DNA of 64,000 bases from Phyllobates terribilis (Eukaryota). The stretch spans positions 158,596,001 through 158,660,000 of the forward strand of contig NW_027362768.1 in assembly GCF_046119375.1 (NCBI RefSeq), in the 5' to 3' direction. This document shows positions 51,801-64,000 of this stretch, piece by piece. The notes below the pieces were generated by a model, which saw only the letters and a list, made by a program, of their open reading frames with translations, searched no databases and was not told the origin of the DNA. Each line of letters opens with the position of its first letter. Position 1 is the stretch's first letter. A program made the position numbers and the translations under genes.

Positions 51801-54800
51801 CTGCGGCCTCTCCCCAGAGATCGCCCCGATTGTGAAACCATTTACATTAATGGCTGACAATAAAAAAGCAGCAAGCTGGACTCCCTCTAACATATCTATA
51901 TCATTCCTAAATCTCCCCGGGCCATTTCATTATGAAAAGAAAACGGGACATGGTGGCACTCCAGCAGCTGGAGAACTACAACCCCCAGAAAGGAAATTTC
52001 TGATTGTTTTGCTGCATCAGGGTCTCATCCCCGGAGTCTTGGAAAAAGTTATTAACACTGACAATTCCAATGTCATACTTAATGTGGAGCTAGCTGCAGC
52101 ATGATGCATTTAATGAATAGGTGCAAGCCTTCTAAATAAGCTGAGGATTAGGTCAGGACTAGTGAGTGACACCCAGAAGAGATCTTGAAAGTTTGTCTGT
52201 ATCTCCACCTGCACCGGTCCAACCATAAATAAGGTCCCCTAGAAGCCATTCTTGCATCTGACCTGACCCCGGGAGAAGGACGGCATCCAACCTACCTTGG
52301 ATGTGAGGTCTCGATGGAAGATTCCCTTGGAGTGCAGATAAGCCAGACCGAGGGCGACATCCAGCGCCAGCTTCACCCGTACCGTCCATGACAAGTGCTG
52401 GTTGCTGTCCAGGAGCTGCTCCAGATTCCCACTGTTAATATACTGCAAAACAAGGAGCGCAGGATGCATTATATCACAAAGGAGCATGCGCCACCTGATC
52501 CACTCTCAGGACAATCCTTAGTGGTTATTTTGGAGTGGGGGTTCTGATCCCATGGTAAGTTAACCCCCCCGCCTATGGCGTCAACACTTCGGCAACTAGA
52601 ATAAGCTTTAATAGCGGTACTAATTGCAATGGTGTGAACTTAGTCTGATACGAGTGCAATCCATCAATGGCGGATGATAAAGTTAAAGCCCCCGGATATC
52701 ATCTGTATTCAGATCCAGTTGTTTTGCCCGGAGTTCCCCCCCAATATGCACGGAGTCTGTCTGTTACCTCCATTTAATAATTCACACATGTGCAGGAGGC
52801 TCAGGTGACAATTGCTGCACGGAGGCAGGTGGCAGCGATCAGGAGGTGCCGGGCCGGACGCCCAGCTGAGAAAACACCAACCGCGCTGCCAAAGAAAACC
52901 CCGGACTGCACAGAAAAGAAGGAGCAAAACCCGGACAGTCTAACACCCCGTACAGTAATGTCTGGAGCGTCCGACCGAGTGCGGCCGCTGCAGAAAGTAG
53001 AAGAAACAAGGTAGAACCCTATGTGATCGATAGGCTATATAATAACAAGGGAGACGACAACGCTCTCCAGATATCAGGTATATTATACAGCAGTAACATC
53101 ACCACTCTCCAGATATCAGGTATATTATACAGCAGTGACATCACCGCTCTCCAGATATCAGGTATATTACACAGCAGTGACATCACCACTCTCCAGATAT
53201 CAGGTATATTATACAGCAGTGACATCACCGCTCTCCAGATATCAGGTATATTACACAGCAGTGACATCACCACTCTCCAGATATCAGGTATATTACACAG
53301 CAGTGACATCACCGCTCTCCAGATATCAGGTATATTACACAGCAGTGACATCACCGCTCTCCAGATATCAGGTATATATGCATATATACACATTAATCAG
53401 CCATACCAGTAAAACCACAGGTTTAGTGAGTAACACTGGGGCCTGTGATGGGGTGGGATGTATCAGGGAGCCAAAACGTCTAGACAAATGGATCAGACAT
53501 GGGATGTTCCTGGTATGTAGTGGTTAATACCTAAAGGAACGACAACTGGTGACAGGGCTGTAAGTAAAATGATCGCGTATCTAAGCCGAATCCAGTGCAG
53601 CACGAAAATTACCAATAATAGGAACCTGATCAGCAAAACTGCACCATTGAGCAAATAACACAGACGGCCTTCTTGTAGGACGAGAAGGACAATGGCTGAT
53701 TGGTGCAGTATTATACAGGAGGTGCATTACCGCTCTGTATGTCTTTATGTTATGGGTTACACAGACGCAGCTCTCTAGTCCACTGCCACCATCATGGCCG
53801 GGTGCATTTACCATACACAGGCTAGGAAGCCCCGAGCCCGAGCGCTGATCACTGGCCGGGCACCTGGAAGTCTCACTGGACACATTAAGGCCGACGTGGC
53901 TTCACAAATGCAGGAAGCTGTGGGACCGATGAACGACCTCACCGTGTCCCATCACACGCTCCATCCTGACATAAAACATGAATATTATCTCCAGGCTTCC
54001 CGAATCACAACAATGGAATTTTTATGAGATCAGGGCTGTTTAATTTGGCACAAAAACCTGCGCCCTGTGTATATAGAAGAATCTACACCGAGCGTGAACA
54101 ATGGTGGATTGTGCAGGACGCACCAGCAGCAGCTTTACCACCCCGTCTGCTGTCTTTAGCGGTGACTGAAGGCGCAAGGGAGTCATCTGCGCTGGGGATC
54201 AGGAAGACGCCAATACAGCCGATACCGTGGAGCAAAGAGCTAAAACCAATGGAGGGTGGATTCTCCAGCCAATCAGCACGACTTTACATGCTACGTCCTA
54301 CAGGATATATACACATATAAGCCGAGCATGCAGTCTGCCAATGAATTCAGCCGGCCGAGCATGCAGAACACCGAGCGTGTAGCGCAGCCCGCCGAGCATG
54401 CAGAACACCAAACGTGCACTTTTATTACAGTTTCAGCATTTAATAAAATGGCAGAGTCTAAGATTGTAACCATCGCTAATGAGCCGAATGTATATAAACA
54501 CGTGACGCATCTGACGTCATCATCCTCATCATAAACACTAGTGTTCTGCAAGAAGCGACTACAAAGATTGTAGAAATCTGGCTGCGGACAGATACTATTT
54601 CATAATAATAGAGCTGAGGACGCTCCATGGGCTCCTTTGTTCATGAGAGGAGTCTTGTCTTACAAATTAATGCTTCACAGAGCAGTCATCTGACCCCAAC
54701 AAAATGAAGAGGTGGGGGGCACCTGCTGGAGGAAGCGAAACAATCACCCGGAGAATCAATCATCCGCTAGAGGAATGTTACTGGTGAGCCAGATAACAAC

Positions 54801-57800
54801 AACCTGCACTGCCCCATCACCTCTGATCCAGACAGGCAGAATAATTCCCTGCAACTTAAAGGGAATCTGTCACTAGGTTTTTATTACCCCAGCATGATGT
54901 AGGGGCAAAGACCCCGATATCAGTGATGTGTCACTTACTGGGCTGCTTACTGCAGTTTTGATAAAAAGTTTTCTCTGCTGCAAAAACTTTAGCAGTCAGC
55001 CCAGTAAGTGACTCATCGCTGTAATCAGGGTCTCTATCTCTACATCATACTGCTTTCAGATAGCAAAAACCTGGTGGCAGATTTCCTTCACAGACACAGG
55101 ATCAGGGTCTTACATCAACAGTCAAGCAGTATCTCCTTCAAATATAGTGGTGCCTGTCCTCAACAGCCCGGTTCCCCAAGTGTCATCACCCAGCGTCCCT
55201 TCAATCCTGAATTTATTTACCCAGTTATTTGTATATAAAGTAGAAATGATATTCAGGAATCTAAGAAAGCTGAGTGACAACACTGACAGATGCACCTCTT
55301 GTTGTCACGCAGCTCTCCGAGCTCCTGCGCTCCCTGCAGTTGCCTCCTTTGCTTTATTTCCCCATTGGGTTATTAATTGGCTTCACACATTTGTATGTAG
55401 TGTCTGTAGCAGAGGAATCAGACTGTCAGCTCCACAGGTCTCTGCTGGTGATTGCAGGGACGCAGCAGACACGGCCTCAGGCCGGATAAGGCTGACACTA
55501 TGTGTTCTGCAACATTATTGAAGCAAATCCCCAATTCATTGCATCAATAACTGTTCGGATATAATGCAAGACTGAACCTGGCTGTCAGCCAAGACCACAG
55601 AGCAAAACAAGAGAAACCGCAGGGATGGGGCCACAAGAGTCTACGGGGGCCGGGTGAGGGATAAATCATACACGGATTCACAACAAAGGTGTGAGGGCTC
55701 AGACAGAGACAAACCAGAATAGCAGATAGATGACATGTGGACTGGACCACGAGACGCCGCCACTTGAGGATAGACTGGACCACAAGACTGGATATTTGTG
55801 GAGGAGTGACAGGTCAGCAGACGCTTACACTTGGGAGGGGTGAGGGGGAAAGAACAAGACTGACACTCGAGGGTGGACTGGAGCACAGCCACTCGAGGGT
55901 GGACTGGCGCACGGGGCACCGCCACTCGAGGGTGGACTGGCGCACGGGGCACCGCCACTCGAGGGTGGACTGGCGCACGGGGCACCGCCACTCGAGGGTG
56001 GACTGGCGCACGGGGCACCGCCACTCGAGGGTGGACTGGCGCACGGGGCACCGCCACTCGAGGGTGGACTGGCGCACGGGGCACCGCCACTCGAGGGTGG
56101 ACTGGCGCACCGCCACTCGAGGGTGGACTGGCGCACCGCCACTCGAGGGTGGACTGGCGCACCGCCACTCGAGGGTGGACTGGCGCACCGCCACTCGAGG
56201 GTGGACTGGCGCACCGCCACTCGAGGGTGGACTGGCGCACGGGGCACCGCCACTCGAGGGTGGACTGGCGCACGGGGCACCGCCACTCGAGGGTGGACTG
56301 GCGCACGGGGCACCGCCACTCGAGGGTGGACTGGCGCACGGGGCACCGCCACTCGAGGGTGGACTGGCACACGGGGCACCGCCACTCGAGGGTGGACTGG
56401 AGCACAAGACTGGATATTTGGGGAGGAGGGACAGGACCAGGAGATGCTGACACTTGGAAAAGGGGGGTGTGAGGGGGACAGAACAAGACTGACACTTGAG
56501 TGTGGACAGGACAAGGATATGCTGACATTCGGTGGAACAGGACAATAATGCACAGGAGGTTCCATTAATACAGTTCTGAAGGAGTTAATAGCAGGAGTAT
56601 TATTTAGTGAATCCACGGGATATTTCACAAGTGACTGCAGCATTGGGGAATGATTAACATTACTGCAACATAGAAATAATGTGAGAGATGCCCCCGAGTC
56701 TTACCTCCGTCAGTGCGTGTAACTGCCCTTGGTGGACGCAGACCCCCATAAACCTGCAGGAAGAGATAACAAAACGAGTATTACAGCAGCGATGACACAG
56801 AGACCACAGGCGGTTATACACAGATGATACAGTGCACTACAATGTATCCGCTATCACAGTGTTATCCGTTTTCCTCTAATGTGATCAGAAAAACAACAGC
56901 AACACAGATGAGATATCATCTCTTCATGTTCACATGCAGAGTCATATACCTAATAGCTTGTGGCATTGGATGGGATTGTGTGCTCTGAGACATTGTAACA
57001 AACCTTCATAGATGGAACATGTACCTAACCTTGTCAATGGGGCTAGTCATTAATCATTTTTTTTTTAATGATCCGTGTCCATTTTTGCAAGTCAGTGTCG
57101 GTTGACCATACAAGTTTATTGGCGCAGCGGCTACAGGGAGAAAATGAATAAATATATTGTCACTACAGCCGCTCGCTTCCAGTGATTACAGTCACTGCTC
57201 ATTATACTGTGAGCTCGCTGTAATAGTGAGCGGTGACCGTAACCGCTCCCTGCACCGCCCCGATGACTGGAAGAGAGCGGCTGCAGGGAGGATAAAACTT
57301 CATTTTCTCCTTGTAGCCGCTGCTCCAGTAAGACAGCTAGTCAGGATGTAAATGCTTTTTACCTGCAGCTAAATAGAGTTTCTGGACGTGACCGATTCCC
57401 TGTAAAACTAGTGAAATAATTAAAGTATATTAGAAAATTACTGAACTTTTCAATTTTTATTACTTATGTGCTACATTAACCACAGTCTGAAAGTCACACA
57501 ATGAATGAGGTCCTAAAAGCCACCGAGAAATGAAGGGTTAAGAAATTATATTTGGGGGGGTTAATAGAAGGGAGTCCCATCATCTGTATTATCAGGATTT
57601 CAGGGAAATCAAACATTTATCTTCAAATGCACTAAAGGGAAACCGGATCCTGAGTGCTGCGCCGCTGGAGAGCTGCCAATCATTAAAAGGGCTGACATTC
57701 TAATGTTACGCTCCGCGCACCGCTCCGTGTCAGACGGTCGGGTCAGGCCCTGATTAACCCAATATCATGGCAGGTGACTGAATGTGACCCCCAGAGATTG

Positions 57801-60800
57801 CAGAATATAGTAAGACTCCGACAGCACCCACAGATCTAAGGAAACATTACAAAAACCCTCATCATCAGTAGTCATCACCAAGGAGGAGCGTGTACAAAGA
57901 CGCAGATTTATCACACAGGATTCTAGAAAGAAGTGGTGACAATCTACAAAAGCAGCCACAGTGGTTGTCACCTAGCATTCCCATACTTTTTACGCCCCAG
58001 ATACACGATCCTGCGTTTCCAGAAACACGTATGCGCTGATGATGGAAACTCATCTTAAAGTGACAGTCTCGAAATGAAGCCGTAAATCCACATAATTGCT
58101 TTCTGCACTTGTCAATAGACACATAAATCTGCTGCCGAAGCCAATATTACAGTCAATAAAACCTTCCCGTCGGATGGAGAAGCATTACCCTATATGTCCA
58201 GTAATGGCAAGAGCCGATCTGCCAGCCGTGGATGCCGCAAAATTACTGTTTCTACTGCGAGGATCCATTTGCAGTTTTATGTTACTTTGAGTGAACATGG
58301 AAAAAACGTGTAACAGTATCGAGCTTTAATGAAAAATTATTATTTTTTTGGCATAAAACAACCCCCGGAGCAGGAGCCGCTGTTCGATCTCTGGAGTATG
58401 AGCTCACTCGGCAAACATTTTACTTGCTAAAAATACCTCGTAAAAAAGCCGCGCGGCGAAACTGCAACACAAGCCGGAGAGAGACTCATCAAATACGAGG
58501 AGATCTCGCAGCATAAACAGAAATGGCTGAAAGCTGCCAAAAACCCACGCAGCAGAGCCAAGGGGCAGGACGCCAACACCAATAACCCATCCTGAGCACC
58601 GAGTCTTCCAGGACCGGGAAGGGGTTAACAGAGGCTTCTCTCCGGCGGGCTCACGCCCAGGATCATACCTGTGGCTGCGGCTCGCCCCGTTACAGTTGCT
58701 AAATTGTTTTGCGCCCTTTGTTCATTTGCACTGAGCCAACACGCGATTTCCTTGTGTTTATTCTGCTATATCCTGAGAAGATCCAGTTACACAAAGAGAA
58801 ATGTCTCAGGTGCAAGAGTAGCAGCACCCCGTGACAAAGTACCCCAAAAAAGCACCCAAATTCCTCCATTACTGACGGGACGTCCAAAAGCTTGTGATTT
58901 ACAGACCAGAGCCTGTCCATTTACTGACAGGCATTCAGTCTGTACTGGTACCATTTACCCACCAGTAATCTAGACGATCTCCGCTTGCAGACTAATCTGA
59001 TCTAGAACCGTTACTCCATATACCGACCAGCAAAAAAAGTTTAGAAAATCTCTGTACACCGTGCTCAGAATTATTGCAAAAGGAATTTGACCATATCATC
59101 ATTTTTATGCAGATTTTCCAACTTCAAACTGTATAAACTCGAATGCTTATTGGATGAAGCAGATCATGTGATGTGCATTTGTATAATGAGGAAGGTGAGG
59201 TCTAAGGATACAACGGCCTTCATCAGGGCGTGCAGAATTATTAGGCAGCTTGTTTTCCACCCAGGGAAAATGGGCCAAAAAAGATTTATCTGTGAAAAGT
59301 CACAAACTGTTACAAGTCTTACAGAGGATGCAGCTCCTGAGATTGCTCAGATATTGGGGGAATCACAGAACCATCAAAAGTTTTGTTGCAAATAGTCAGC
59401 AGGGAGCAAAACACGTGTAGAGAAAAAAAATACGTAGATTAATTGCAAAACATACGAGAAAAATCAGACATGAAGCGACTAGGAGCCATTATCCTCCAGT
59501 GCAGTCATATTCCAGAGCTGCAGCCTCCCTGGAGGCCAGAAGGACAAGGTACTCAGAGACACCGCCGAAGTGAGGAGGCCGAGCCCAACCACCACTGAGC
59601 AAAACACAGAAGTACAAGGTGTTCAGAGACACGACCGAGGTGAGGAGGCCGAGCCCAATCACCACTGACCAAGACACAGAAGTACAAGGTGTTCAGAGAC
59701 ACGACCGAGGTGAGGAGGCCGAGCCCAATCACCACTGACCAAGACACAGAAGTACAAGGTGTTCAGAGACACGACCGAGGTGAGGAGGCTGAGCCCGACC
59801 ACCACTGACCAAGACACAGAAGTACAAGGTGTTCAGATACACGACCGAGGTGAGGAGGTTGAGCCCGACCACCACTGACCAAGACACAGAAGTACAAGGT
59901 GTTCAGAGACACTACCGAGGTGAGGAGGCCGAGCCCAATCACCACTGACCAAGACACAGAAGTAGAACGTGTTCAGTGCTCAGCTACACGGCCGAGGTGA
60001 GGAGGCTGAGCCCGACCACCACTGAGCAAGACACAGAAGTACAAGGTGTACAGTTCTCAGATACACGACCGAGGTGAGGAGGCTGAGCCCGATCACCACT
60101 GACTAAAAAACAGCAGTACAAGGTGTTCAGTGCTCAGAGACAAAGCCGAGGTGAGGAGGCTGAGCCCGACCACCACTGAGCAAGACAAAGAAGTACAAGG
60201 TGCTCAGAGACACGGCCAAGGTGAGGAGGCTGAGCCCGACCACCACTGAGCAAAGACAGAAGCGGAAACATCAAGACTGGGCCAAAAAATATCAGAAGAC
60301 TGATTGTTCACAGGTTTTATGGACTGATGAGATGAGAGGGTGTCTTGACAGACAAGACGGATGGGCCGTGGCTGGATAAGTAACGGGCACAGACCTCCAC
60401 TTCCACTCAGATGCCAGTGAGGTGGAGTTGGGCACTGCTATGGACTGGGATTTATTAAAGATGTACTCAAAATCAGCTCCCCAACATACTGCCATATTTT
60501 AGAAGATACTTCCTTCAAGCAGTGGTGCAGGAAAAAGTCTGCATCATTCAAGAAACCATAACTTTTCTGCAGGACAATTCTCCATCGCAGCATCGAGATC
60601 TCCACTCCTCAGGGCCAGTAAAGGTCTTAAAAGATGACAGAATAATGACCCGGCCCCTTCCTCACAGGACCTAAACCCTACTGAGAACTTGTGGGGCCTC
60701 CTAAACGGGAGATTTACGGTGAAGGAGAACAGTCGCCTCTCTGATCACTGTCGGCTGTGGTTGGAGCTGCCCAAAAAGTTGATCATCAACAGATGAAGAA

Positions 60801-63800
60801 ACTGAGACTCCAGGTTACTGCATTGGTCAGAGAAAATGTCAGAAAAGCATTTTTTACATTTTGGAGTTGTTTGGCTCTTATTCTCACTGTAACACATGAA
60901 AATAAACAATTGAGATGGGAAAAAATATGGTTTAGCACCTCTATATATACTGACCACATAGTGATCACCAGTAGTCCGGTTTGGCTCCTTTATATATACT
61001 GACCACATAGTGATCACTAGTCCAGTTTAGCTCCTCTATATATACTGACCACATAGTGATCACTAGTCCGGTTTAGCACCTCTCTATATACTGACCACAT
61101 AGTGATCACTAGTATGGTTTAGCTCCTCTATATATACTGACCACATAGTGATCACTAGTCCAGTTTAGCTCCTCTATATATACTGACCACATAGTGATCA
61201 CTAGTATGGTTTAGCTCCTCTATATATACTGACCACATAGTGATCACTAGTCCAGTTTAGCTCCTCTATATATACTGACCACATAGTGATCACTAGTCCG
61301 GTTTAGCTCCTCTATATATACTGACCACATAGTGATCACTAGTCCGGTTTAGCTCCTCTATATATACTGACCACATAGTGATCACTAGTCCGGTTTAGCT
61401 CCTCTATATATATACTGACCATAGTGATCACTAGTCCGGTTTAGCTCCTCTATATATACTCACCACATAGTGATCACTAGTATGGTTTAGCTCCTCTATA
61501 TATACTCACCACATAGTGATCACTAGTCCGGTTTAGCACCTCTATATATACTCACCACATAGTGATCACTAGTCCGGTTTAGCTCCTCTATATATACACT
61601 CACCACATAGTGATCACTAGTCCGGTTTAGCACCTCTATATATACTCACCACATAGTGATCACTAGTCCGGTTTAGCACCTCTATATATACTGACCACAT
61701 AGTGATCACTAGTCCGGTTTAGCTCCTCTATATATACTGACCACATAGTGATCACTAGTCCAGTTTAGCTCCTCTATATATACTGACCACATAGTGATCA
61801 CTAGTCCGGTTTAGCTCCTCTATATATATACTGACCATAGTGATCACTAGTCCGGTTTAGCTCCTCTATATATACTCACCACATAGTGATCACTAGTATG
61901 GTTTAGCTCCTCTATATATACTCACCACATAGTGATCACTAGTCCGGTTTAGCACCTCTATATATACTCACCACATAGTGATCACTAGTCCGGTTTAGCA
62001 CCTCTATATATACTCACCACATAGTGATCACTAGTCCGGTTTAGCACCTCTATATATACTCACCACATAGTGATCACTAGTCCGGTTTAGCTCCTCTATA
62101 TATACTGACCACATAGTGATCACTAGTCCGGTTTAGCTCCTCTATATATACTGACCACATAGTGATCACTAGTCCGGTTTAGCTCCTCTATATATACTGA
62201 CCACATAGTGATCACTAGTCCGGTTTAGCACCTCTATATATACTGACCACATAGTGATCACTAGTCCGGTTTAGCTCCTCTATATATACTGACCACATAG
62301 TGATCACTAGTATGGTTTAGCTCCTCTATATATACTCACCACATAGTGATCACCAGTAATCTGGTTTGGCTCCTTTATATATACTGACCACATAGTGATC
62401 ACTAGTCCAGTTTAGCTCCTCTATATATACTGACCACATAGTGATCACTAGTCCAGTTTAGCTCCTCTATATATATATATACTGACCATAGTGATCACTA
62501 GTCCAGTTTACCTCCTCTATATATACTGACCACATAGTGATCACTAGTCCAGTTTAGCTCCTCTATATATACTGACCACATAGTGATCACTAGTCCAGTT
62601 TAGCTCCTCTATATATACTGACCACATAGTGATCACTAGTCCGGTTTAGCTCCTCTCTATATATATATACTGACCATAGTGATCACTAGTCCGGTTTAGC
62701 TCCTCTATATATATACTGACCATAGTGATCACTAGTCCGGTTTAGCACCTCTATATATCCTGACCACATAGTGATAACTAGTATGGTTTAGCTCCTCTAT
62801 ATATACTGACCACATAGTGATCACTAGTCCAGTTTAGCTCCTCTATATATACTGACCACATAGTGATCACTAGTCCAGTTTAGCTCCTCTATATATACTG
62901 ACCACATAGTGATCACTAGTCCGGTTTAGCTCCTCTATATACTGACCATAGTGATCACTAGTCCAGTTTAGCTCCTCTATATATACTGACCACATAGTGA
63001 TCACTAGTCCAGTTTAGCTCCTCTATATATACTGACCACATAGTGATCACTAGTCCAGTTTAGCTCCTCTATATATACTGACCACATAGTGATCACTAGT
63101 CCGGTTTAGCTCCTCTATATATATACTGACCATAGTGATCACTAGTCCGGTTTAGCTCCTCTATATATACTGACCATAGTGATCACTAGTCCGGTTTAGC
63201 ACCTCTCAAAAATGTCTACATCTAGTCACTAGTAGTCTAGAACATCTCCGATTACTGACTTGCGCTCGGATACAGAACCTTTCGCTATCTGAGCAGCGAT
63301 CTTGTACAGAATCTTTTTCATCTTTGACCAGAAGGTCGGACAATTTTTTGATTTCTCACCAGAGCTGCAGTAAGATCTAGAATAGCGTCTCTCAGACTCC
63401 CACTGACATCTAGCTCTGGGACATGGGCTTCATGCTGTGCAGCCGGCCATACACATATAAATGCCGGTGTCCTGCCATCCATCCTAGGCAGTGGTGATCA
63501 TGGAGGGCACGGTCTGCTGCATTGTGGAAGATGTAGCGTTCACACCAAGCACGCTACACTACACAAATCCATGCAAAAAAAAGAAATAAATTCTAGCACC
63601 TGCACAATGCATTATCATGGATCTCCAGCTGAGATTCTAGGAGGGCAATCGGCTTACACAATAGTAAAGGATTTCATGTTGCAGCAGCCCCATGGATGCG
63701 GCATGATGGTGACTAGAGGAGCAATCAGCGCAGGCCCTGACTGACTCACCTCAGTATATTGGGGTGTGACAGGCGGTTCATCAGCTGCACCTCCTTCAGC

Positions 63801-63871
63801 ATGTTGGCTCGGTTACTGCTCAGTTTGTTCATCTTCAGCGCCATAACTTGGTCAGACGTCCGGTGACGAAC
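39879..63871 (-). CDS. TESK2: Dual-specificity testis-specific protein kinase 2, 5'-partial (start exon beyond the window)
   Basis: Exons, minus strand, GT-AG with consistent phase: 63750-63871, 56705-56753, 52296-52442, 49053-49135, 44723-44807, 43585-43668, 42604-42690, 42365-42506, 39879-40807. Motifs VMALKMN, TESK-type [28 protein letters not shown] and tail LSRSQSD; position next to TOE1 favours TESK2 over TESK1. Confidence 0.94.
41020..41850. repeat. 31-bp GC-rich minisatellite (GCAGCGCCGAGCCGCGATGGCCGGGGGGGAG), about 27 copies, TESK2 last intron
   Basis: Period 31 (41401 to 41432); 5 CpG and a G7 run per unit. Confidence 0.95.
41907..42098. mobile_element. Harbinger-type MITE
   Basis: TTA flanks; arms CACTATCAGTATTTGGTCAGTATTTTTTCTCAGGAGTGGGAGCCAAAACCAGG and their near-perfect reverse complement. 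Confidence 0.85.
45125..45974. repeat. 97-bp satellite array, resuming at 47580-47640 after the Tc1 insertion
   Basis: Same unit as 20410-21270; broken at GTAATGTAATG-TA / TA-TGTACACAGTG. Confidence 0.93.
45975..47579 (+). mobile_element. Full-length Tc1/mariner element with DD38E spacing (Intruder-like)
   Basis: TA-CAGTACAGACCAAAAGTTTGGACACACC ends. Long TIRs 45975-46240 and 47324-47579; TA duplication at 45973-45974 and 47580-47581. Confidence 0.95.
46377..47426 (+). CDS. Tc1 transposase, open 349-aa ORF; second catalytic Asp replaced by Tyr
   Basis: [28 protein letters not shown] (expected QQDND) and SPDLNPIE; 38 residues between the D position and the E. Confidence 0.9.
   Translation: MAIKKQSKEKRVAIITLRNEGQSVRKIGKTLKVSPSAVAKTIKRCKETGSHEDRPRKGRPRVTSASEDKFIRVTSLRNRRLTAAQIRDQVIATQSSSSRHISATTVKRRLCAAGLHGKITARKSLLRTGNKQKRLVWAKEHKEWTLDQWISVLWSDESKFEIFGSNHRVFVRRRKGERMDSTCLVPTVKHGGGGVMVWGCFAGDTVGDLFKIEGILNQHGYHSILQRHAIPSGLRLVGPSFIFQQYNDPKHTSRLCKGYLTKKESDGVLHQMTWPPQSPDLNPIEMVWGELDRRVKAKGPTSAKHLWELLQDCWKIISGDYLLKLIKRMPRVCKAVIKAKGGYFEEPRI
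50460..51080. repeat. 97-bp satellite array in a TESK2 intron
   Basis: Period 97 (50612 to 50709), about 6 near-identical copies. Confidence 0.93.
53062..53370. repeat. 42-bp tandem repeat, about 7 copies
   Basis: CTCTCCAGATATCAGGTATATTA(T/C)ACAGCAGTGACATCACC(A/G). Confidence 0.92.
55889..56400. repeat. 33/26-bp minisatellite (CCACTCGAGGGTGGACTGGCGCAC[GGGGCAC]CG), about 17 copies
   Basis: A block of 33-bp units, about five 26-bp deletion variants (56087-56216), then 33-bp units again; one XhoI site per unit. Confidence 0.92.
59057..60925 (+). mobile_element. Decayed Tc1/mariner element (TRT/DD37E-like) lacking its right TIR
   Basis: TA-CACCGTGCTCAGAATTATT start with inner direct repeat GTGCAGAATTATTAGGCAG (~59230). 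ATG at 59270 (MGQKR..); remnants [22 protein letters not shown] (~60272-60337), QDNSPS, KDDRIMT and DLNPTENLW, frameshifted. Confidence 0.85.
59545..60255. repeat. 70-77-bp tandem repeat, 10 copies, inside the transposase relic
   Basis: TGAGGAGG anchor at 59571, 59641, 59711, 59781, 59851, 59921, 59998, 60075, 60152 and 60222. Confidence 0.92.
60940..63205. repeat. 46-bp minisatellite (TATATATACTGACCACATAGTGATCACTAGTCCGGTTTAGCTCCTC), about 49 copies
   Basis: Period 46 (62105 to 62151); each unit contains the 12-bp palindrome TAGTGATCACTA; variable TA-run length. Confidence 0.95.
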
Positions 63872-64000
63872 CTGCAAAATAAAAACCAAAAGGCAAATGA
63901 GAAGGAGGCAGCTTATAACAGAAGTAAGCTAAGCTTCCCCAACCAGCCCTTTAAATATGTAGACATTTTACATAGGAGAGGTATAGCCTGATAAAAAAAA

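Noticed and set aside
55641-56643. Several overlapping 140-295-aa ORFs
   Set aside because: Products of the 33/26-bp minisatellite, open on both strands.
58036-58050. CTGATGA followed by GAAA (hammerhead core words)
   Set aside because: Only 2 nt separate them, so there is no stem II, and no convincing stems I or III.
60940-63205. Palindromic repeat array suggestive of CRISPR
   Set aside because: Units are contiguous with no unique spacers, there are no cas genes, and the context is a eukaryotic intron.

Overview
Vertebrate genomic DNA, most likely an anuran amphibian (inferred from the Xenopus-like MITE and Tc1 content; species not determinable). It holds the conserved HPDL(+) - MUTYH(-) - TOE1(+) - TESK2(-) gene block known from human 1p34.1. 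I traced HPDL (1 coding exon, 390 aa), MUTYH (15 coding exons, 504 aa) and TOE1 (7 coding exons, 507 aa) through GT-AG junctions with consistent phase. TESK2 is 5'-partial, with 9 coding exons in the window and the start exon beyond position 64000. The rest is mobile and repetitive DNA: five different Tc1/mariner elements (DD35E, a Sleeping Beauty-like DD34E, DD38E, a probable DD37E and a decayed fifth), PIF/Harbinger MITEs with TWA target duplications, TTAA-flanked T2-type MITEs, foldback elements and about 12 mini/satellite arrays. No CRISPR array, rRNA or tRNA gene was seen, and I cannot support a wholly new biological system. The best leads are a minimal type-I hammerhead-ribozyme-like motif in a MUTYH intron, a minisatellite generated inside a transposase ORF, nearly intact transposases, and a foldback MITE with one arm expanded into a satellite just upstream of HPDL. 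All coordinates were counted by hand; repeat boundaries are approximate.
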